Positions 55,199 to 64,000 of a stretch of 64,000 bases of DNA are shown here, piece by piece (within the stretch, counting starts at the first letter, position 1; every line of letters begins with the position of its first letter). Position numbers and translations under genes: made by a program. The notes below the pieces were generated by a model. It saw only the letters and a list, made by a program, of their open reading frames with translations. It was not told the origin of the DNA and made no database searches. Location of the stretch: the NCBI RefSeq assembly GCF_058153355.1, contig NZ_CM177019.1; one strand, 5' to 3'.

Positions 55199-55761
55199 AT
55201 CGATTGCCCTTTGGCTTCATCCAGTTTGCCCTGCGCCAGGAGTAATAAGTCGCAAACTTCTCGCACTGCGCCACGACCGCCAGCAATGCGCGTCACGTAA
55301 TCGGCGCGCGGGAGCAACAGTGGATGCGCATCGGCCACGGCGATGCTTAAACCCACTTTTTCCATTACCGGCCAGTCAATGAGATCATCGCCGACATAAG
55401 CCACATTTTCCGGGGCAATTGCCAGTTTTTCCAGCAGATCGCTAAAGGCGATCAGTTTGTTTGACTGCCCCTGATACAAGTGAGTGATCCCCAATGTGGC
55501 ACAACGATCTTCTACCAGTTTAGCCTTTCGCCCGGTAATGATAGCGACTTCAATATCAGAGGTGAGCGCACAACGAATGCCATAACCGTCACGAACATTG
55601 AACGCTTTCAGCTCTTCGCCATTATTGCCCATATAAATCAGGCCATCTGACAGTACGCCATCGACATCGAGGATCAGCAGACGAATGTTCTCTGCTTTTG
55701 CCATAACGTCGGCGCTGACAGGGCCGTAACAGGTCGCAAGCGACGCACCTGCTTTGCTCAT
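55195..55761 (-). CDS. kdsC: 3-deoxy-D-manno-octulosonate 8-phosphate phosphatase KdsC
   Basis: 188-aa HAD-family ORF with DVDGVLSDG motif. Confidence 0.9.
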   Translation of the reverse strand: MSKAGASLATCYGPVSADVMAKAENIRLLILDVDGVLSDGLIYMGNNGEELKAFNVRDGYGIRCALTSDIEVAIITGRKAKLVEDRCATLGITHLYQGQSNKLIAFSDLLEKLAIAPENVAYVGDDLIDWPVMEKVGLSIAVADAHPLLLPRADYVTRIAGGRGAVREVCDLLLLAQGKLDEAKGQSI

Positions 55762-55781
55762 TGTTGTTTATCCTTGAATCT

Positions 55782-56768
55782 TTACACTACGCCTGCACGC
55801 AGTAAATCATGCATATGTAACACACCGAGTAAATGGTCGCCATCGGCAACCATCACGGAGGTGATATGGCGGGACTGCATTAAGTTCAGTGCCTCAACGG
55901 CCAGAATGCCAGGGCGTACACGTATTCCCCCCGGCGTCATCACATCGGCAATACTTAACTGACGAACATCCACACCCATATCGAAGACACGGCGTAAATC
56001 ACCGTCGGTAAAGATGCCTTCAATCATCATATTGTCATCGCAAATGACCGTCATACCAAGATTTTTGCGGGTAACTTCCAGCAACGCGTCGCGCAGGCTG
56101 GCCGTTTTCTTAACATGCGGGATCTCATCGCCCGTATGCATAATATCGTTTACGCGCAGCAGAAGTTTACGACCCAGTGCGCCGCCGGGGTGTGAGAGCG
56201 CAAAATCTTCAGCAGTAAAGCCGCGTGCTTTTAACAGCGCGACAGCGAGCGCATCGCCCATAACCAGCGTGGCGGTCGTGCTGCTGGTCGGTGCCAGCCC
56301 TAACGGACAGGCTTCTTTCGCTACTTTAACACACAGATGCACATCTGCGGCGCGCGCCATGCTGCTCTCCGGGCGACCGGTGATGCAGATTAACGGCACG
56401 TGAAGACGCTTAAGCACTGGAATTAAGGCCGTGATTTCGCTGGATTCACCGGAGTTAGAGATAGCAATCACCACGTCCTGCGGGGTGACCATACCCAAAT
56501 CACCATGAGCAGCTTCACCTGGATGGACGAAAAATGAAGGTGTACCAGTGCTGGCAAACGTTGCCGCCATTTTGCGCCCAATATGCCCCGATTTCCCCAT
56601 CCCCATGACGACAACTTTCCCTTTACACCAGAACATCTTTTCACAGGCAAGCGTGAAATTCTGATTGATGTATTGATCAAGCTCCGCCAGGCATTCACGT
56701 TCAATCGCCAGGACTTCTTTACCTGCTTGCTGAAAGTCAAAACCCGGTTGTAACTCTACGTGCGACAT
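55782..56768 (-). CDS. kdsD: D-arabinose 5-phosphate isomerase KdsD
   Basis: Canonical start MSHVELQPGFDFQQAGKEVLAIEREC inside ORF-track frame 55782-56789; 328 aa; SIS plus CBS domains. Confidence 0.9.
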   Translation of the reverse strand: MSHVELQPGFDFQQAGKEVLAIERECLAELDQYINQNFTLACEKMFWCKGKVVVMGMGKSGHIGRKMAATFASTGTPSFFVHPGEAAHGDLGMVTPQDVVIAISNSGESSEITALIPVLKRLHVPLICITGRPESSMARAADVHLCVKVAKEACPLGLAPTSSTTATLVMGDALAVALLKARGFTAEDFALSHPGGALGRKLLLRVNDIMHTGDEIPHVKKTASLRDALLEVTRKNLGMTVICDDNMMIEGIFTDGDLRRVFDMGVDVRQLSIADVMTPGGIRVRPGILAVEALNLMQSRHITSVMVADGDHLLGVLHMHDLLRAGVV

Positions 56769-56781
56769 AATACGTTTCCAG

Positions 56782-57759
56782 TTATTCAACGAGTATTGGC
56801 GATAACCAGTACAACATCGCCAGCCATACGATAAATCCGCCAGTTAATAATACCCCTACACCACGGCCTGGTTGCGGGGAGCGCCGCCAGCACAGCAACG
56901 CAAAAATAATGCTCACCAGCAACATCACGCTGTAGTCACGACTGTACGCCAGTGGATCAATCTCTCCAGGCGTTATCAGCGCGGGTAAACCCAACACGAT
57001 GACAATATTAAAAATGTTTGCGCCAATGATATTCCCGACAGCAATGTCGTTTTCACCTTTGCGAACCCCCGCGATTGCGGTTGCCAGTTCTGGCAGACTG
57101 GTTCCGATAGCGATTGCCGTCAGACCCATCGTCAACTCGCTGATGGCAAAGTAATTCGCCAGCACCGTGGCGTTATCAACCACCATCCGCGTGGCCACTG
57201 GCATGATGATCAGCGCAATGCCGAGCCATAAAAACGCGACGGGCAATCCGCCTTCACGCGGCAGCTCTGCAAGCTGCTCTCTGGTCAGGCTGTCAGTCCC
57301 CTGACATTCAGCCAGACGTGCAAGTTTAACAATGAACAGCAGCCATAGCACAGCCAGAAAGAGGAGAAAGATACCATCGCTGCGACTAAGTTGTCCGTCA
57401 TAGAGTACGGAACCGGCCACTACACTGACCAACAACATTAAGGGTAATTCGCGGCGCAGAACATCGGAATGGACGGTAAAAGGACGTACCAGCGCAGCCA
57501 GACCGAGGATCAGCAAAATATTGATAATGTTTGATCCGAGGGCTACACCAACGGCTAAATCGCGTTGTTCGTGCAGTGATGCGGCAAGCGAAACGATGAT
57601 TTCTGGTAACGATGTGCCAATACTGACCACCGTCATGCCGATGATCAGTGGCGGTATGCCAAAGGATCGGCAAAGAATGGACGCGGCAAATACCAGGCGG
57701 TCGGCACTGTAAACGACCAAAAGTAAACCAACAATTAACAGTGCCGTAGCTAAAAGCAT
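56782..57759 (-). CDS. yrbG: Na+/Ca2+ exchanger-family inner-membrane protein YrbG
   Basis: 325-aa polytopic membrane ORF with duplicated GTSLPE motifs. Confidence 0.85.
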   Translation of the reverse strand: MLLATALLIVGLLLVVYSADRLVFAASILCRSFGIPPLIIGMTVVSIGTSLPEIIVSLAASLHEQRDLAVGVALGSNIINILLILGLAALVRPFTVHSDVLRRELPLMLLVSVVAGSVLYDGQLSRSDGIFLLFLAVLWLLFIVKLARLAECQGTDSLTREQLAELPREGGLPVAFLWLGIALIIMPVATRMVVDNATVLANYFAISELTMGLTAIAIGTSLPELATAIAGVRKGENDIAVGNIIGANIFNIVIVLGLPALITPGEIDPLAYSRDYSVMLLVSIIFALLCWRRSPQPGRGVGVLLTGGFIVWLAMLYWLSPILVE

Positions 57760-57968
57760 CTAACGTCCTTTCTTCAGGTATACTCGCCGGTCCGCTGAAG
57801 ATTTTCAGAAAGCCGTAACGGATTCTTAATTTTGACTTTATGCGGCTAAAAAGTAAAACAAATGCCAGCTTTCGCTAACCACGGCGGGTAATATTCTGTA
57901 AATATGTTGGGTTCAAGGTTAAATTGAGCGCCATGCTTAGAAAATCAACGCAAGACGAAGGGTGAATT

Positions 57969-59568
<1,600 letters not shown>

Positions 59569-59572
59569 GTTC

Positions 59573-60124
59573 ATGCAAACGAAAAAAAATGAAATTTGGG
59601 TGGGTATCTTTTTATTAGCAGCACTGCTGGCGGCGCTGTTTGTTTGCCTGAAGGCGGCGAACGTGACGTCCATACGTACTGAACCGACCTATACGCTTTA
59701 TGCGACGTTCGATAACATTGGCGGCCTGAAAGCGCGCTCTCCGGTCAGCATTGGTGGCGTTGTTGTGGGCCGGGTGGCGGATATTACGCTGGACCCGAAA
59801 ACCTATCTGCCACGCGTAACGCTGGAAATTGAACAACGTTATAACCACATTCCTGATACCAGTTCGCTGAGCATCCGTACTTCCGGCCTGCTGGGGGAAC
59901 AATATCTGGCATTAAACGTCGGTTTTGAAGACCCGGAACTGGGGACTGCTATCCTGAAGGATGGCGATACAATCCAGGACACTAAGTCTGCGATGGTGCT
60001 GGAAGATCTCATTGGTCAGTTCCTTTACGGTAGTAAAGGCGATGACAATAAGAATAGTGGCGATGCGCCAGCTGCTGCGCCAGGTAATAATGAAACCACT
60101 GAACCTGTGGGTACAACGAAATAA
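59573..60124 (+). CDS. mlaD: MCE-domain phospholipid-binding protein MlaD
   Basis: Canonical start MQTKKNEIWVGIFLLAALLAALFV inside ORF-track frame 59558-60124; 183 aa. Confidence 0.9.
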   Translation: MQTKKNEIWVGIFLLAALLAALFVCLKAANVTSIRTEPTYTLYATFDNIGGLKARSPVSIGGVVVGRVADITLDPKTYLPRVTLEIEQRYNHIPDTSSLSIRTSGLLGEQYLALNVGFEDPELGTAILKDGDTIQDTKSAMVLEDLIGQFLYGSKGDDNKNSGDAPAAAPGNNETTEPVGTTK

Positions 60125-60777
<653 letters not shown>

Positions 60778-60778
<1 letters not shown>

Positions 60779-61071
60779 TGAGCGAGTCACTGAGCTGGAT
60801 GCAGACGGGTGACACGCTGGCGTTATCCGGAGAGCTGGATCAGGACGTTCTGCTACCGCTTTGGGAAATGCGTGAGGAGGCGGTGAAGGGGATTACCTGC
60901 ATCGATCTTAGCCGTGTATCCCGCGTTGATACAGGTGGACTGGCGCTGCTGCTCCATCTTATCGATCTGGCGAAAAAGCAGGGCAACAATGTGACGCTTC
61001 AGGGGGTAAACGACAAAGTGTATACCCTGGCGAAATTGTATAATTTGCCTGCTGATGTTCTGCCTCGTTAA
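60778..61071 (+). CDS. mlaB: STAS-domain protein MlaB
   Basis: Canonical start MSESLSWMQTGDTLALSGELD inside ORF-track frame 60682-61071; 97 aa; ATG overlaps the mlaC stop. Confidence 0.85.
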
Positions 61072-61230
61072 ATTTTTTCAGGCCGGATAAGGCGTTAACC
61101 GCCTGTCCGGCAAACCTGCCTGCAAGTTGAGCCTTGTCTGATTTATCAGCGAGGCTTTTTGCTTATTTATGCCAGCGCAACTTTGCTCTAAGATGTTTCG
61201 CTGGTTTATTAACTGATGATTGAAGATCCC

Positions 61231-61485
61231 ATGGAAAATAATGAAATTCAGAGCGTGTTGATGAACGCTCTCTCCCTCCAGGAAGTCCACGTTTCCGGCG
61301 ATGGCAGCCACTTTCAGGTTATTGCCGTGGGTGAGTTGTTTGACGGCATGAGTCGGGTTAAAAAACAGCAGACGGTCTATGGTCCGCTGATGGAATATAT
61401 TGCGGATAACCGCATACATGCTGTGTCGATTAAAGCGTATACCCCTGCGGAGTGGGCGCGCGATCGCAAACTGAACGGCTTTTGA
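61231..61485 (+). CDS. ibaG: BolA-family acid-stress protein IbaG (YrbA)
   Basis: ORF-track frame 61216-61485 (89 aa); start taken at [28 protein letters not shown] (84 aa); the upstream in-frame ATG at 61216 is an alternative. Confidence 0.8.
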
Positions 61486-61539
61486 GCTATGGGCGATTCG
61501 CCGGTAGCGGATATGAATTGTTAACTGAGAACAAACTAA

Positions 61540-62799
<1,260 letters not shown>

Positions 62800-62814
62800 T
62801 CGTCCGAGAGCTGG

Positions 62815-62846
62815 CAGCCCCGTTCGCGGGGCTACCGCCAGACCAC
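62815..62846. terminator. Putative bidirectional terminator between convergent murA and sfsB
   Basis: agccccgttcgcggggct hairpin followed by cattttttcgg. Confidence 0.5.
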
Positions 62847-63125
62847 TCATTTTTTCGGTTTAGTGTAGCTACGCATCAACTGCGTTCTGTCGATAAACTC
62901 ATGGGTCTGCGGATCATGGTAGCGTGATGGCCAGATAACCCAGGGGTCAGTTCCCAGGGCTTTCGCAATAATCATCTCTCCTTTCGGCCATGGGCGCGAT
63001 AATGCGTTCGCCAGCGTTGAGGAACTCAAACCATTTCTACGAGATTCCGCCGCCATTGACGTTCCTTTCTTGCGTAAACCCGCAATGATGTCAGCGGGAT
63101 GCCAGTCAATGAAATTACTTTCCAT
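62847..63125 (-). CDS. sfsB: Ner-like DNA-binding regulator SfsB (Nlp)
   Basis: 92-aa ORF MESNFIDWHPADIIAGLRKKGTSMAAESRRNGLSSSTLANALSRPWPKGE... Confidence 0.85.
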   Translation of the reverse strand: MESNFIDWHPADIIAGLRKKGTSMAAESRRNGLSSSTLANALSRPWPKGEMIIAKALGTDPWVIWPSRYHDPQTHEFIDRTQLMRSYTKPKK

Positions 63126-63319
63126 CTTTCCTCACTCCTTAAGTTAGTCGCTTTCATTCAGAACACTTCTTCTGTCGAGCATCACTATACTCCTGATGGC
63201 CTATTGCTCTAAAAAGTTCCTGTAAAGAGTGTGAATATTCAGAATATATAAAGATACATACACTGGTTTTTCAGGCGTTATTACGCTGAATAAGTGTTTT
63301 TATGGAACTTATTGGAATC

Positions 63320-63340
63320 ATCCCGCGCACTGCGCGGGAT
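63320..63340 (-). terminator. Possible terminator or structured element just 3' of ispB
   Basis: Perfect palindrome atcccgcgcactgcgcgggat about 14 bp past the ispB stop; no clear U-run, so function is uncertain. Confidence 0.3.
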
Positions 63341-63353
63341 GAGGGGGAGGGGA

Positions 63354-64000
63354 TTAACGATCGCGTTGAACAGCGATGTGCGCGAGGCCGATGAGTGCTT
63401 CTCGCCACGGGGTGTCCGGGAGCACCTGTAACGCTGCGATGGCTTTGTCTGCTTCTTCCTCGGCACGCTGACGCGTCCATTCAAGAGAGCCACAAGCGTT
63501 CATTGCTTCCAGAACCGGTTCCAGAAGATGACGACCGTTACCCTGTTCGATGGCGGTACGAATCATCTGTGCCTGTTCTGGTGTGCCATGATGCATTGCA
63601 TGCAGCAGCGGCAGCGTCGGTTTACCTTCGTTCAGATCGTCGCCGACGTTTTTACCTAACTGTTCGCCATCGGCATTGTAATCGAGTAAATCGTCAATCA
63701 ACTGGAAAGCGGTGCCGAGATAACGCCCATAATCCTGCAGGCCTTTCTCCTCCTCCGGCGTACAGCCAGCCAGAATCCCGGAACACTGCGCGGCAGCCTC
63801 AAACAGACGCGCGGTTTTGCTATAGATAACGCGCATGTAGTTTTCTTCGGTGATGTCCGGATCGTTAACGTTCATCAGTTGCAGAACTTCACCTTCTGCG
63901 ATGACGTTTACGGCTTCTGACATGACTTCCAGCACTTTGAGCGAACCGAGGCTGGTCATCATCTGGAACGCGCGGGTATAAATAAAATCGCCTACCAGCA
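63354..64000 (-). CDS. ispB: Octaprenyl diphosphate synthase IspB, C-terminal part (5' end beyond window)
   Basis: Minus-strand frame open to the window edge, ending ...LIGLAHIAVQRDR; contains the polyprenyl synthase motif FQLIDDLLDY. Confidence 0.9.
   Translation of the reverse strand, partial: LVGDFIYTRAFQMMTSLGSLKVLEVMSEAVNVIAEGEVLQLMNVNDPDITEENYMRVIYSKTARLFEAAAQCSGILAGCTPEEEKGLQDYGRYLGTAFQLIDDLLDYNADGEQLGKNVGDDLNEGKPTLPLLHAMHHGTPEQAQMIRTAIEQGNGRHLLEPVLEAMNACGSLEWTRQRAEEEADKAIAALQVLPDTPWREALIGLAHIAVQRDR

Noticed and set aside
63271-63493. Two overlapping about 70-aa minus-strand ORFs at the ispB 3' end
   Set aside because: They are alternative frames over the ispB terminus and the adjacent palindrome, with basic low-complexity translations; not credible genes.

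Overview
This window reads as a conserved Escherichia coli core-chromosome segment, and I found no convincing novel or undescribed system in it. Gene order and protein lengths match the K-12 region from ispB/murA to csrD/yhdH in reverse orientation; all identifications are from recognising the six-frame translations from memory, with no database search run. Gene content in window order: yhdH (partial), csrD, mreBCD, yhdE(maf), rng, yhdP, tldD, aaeR, aaeXAB, yhcO, yhcN, argR, mdh, degS, degQ, yhcB/zapG, zapE, rplM-rpsI, sspAB, dcuD, nanR, nanATEK-yhcH, yhcG, gltD, gltB, yhcC, arcB, arcZ sRNA, elbB, mtgA, yrbL, npr, rapZ, ptsN, hpf, rpoN, lptBAC, kdsCD, yrbG, mlaFEDCB, ibaG, murA, sfsB, ispB (partial). 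The departures from the K-12 layout as I recall it are: (1) a complete IS4 element (1426 bp, 12-bp target duplication) inserted in the shared mdh/degS terminator hairpin; (2) gltD lies directly next to a yhcG-like gene with no gltF or yhcADEF fimbrial genes between them; (3) that yhcG copy appears disrupted near its 3' end; (4) four perfect palindromes built on CAGAC-N3-GTCTG, three in tandem inside yhcG and one just past yhcH. No CRISPR array, tRNA, rRNA, prophage or defence island was seen. Many ORF-track starts are upstream in-frame extensions; I report the canonical starts. Coordinates of small motifs were counted by hand and may be off by 1-2 bp.
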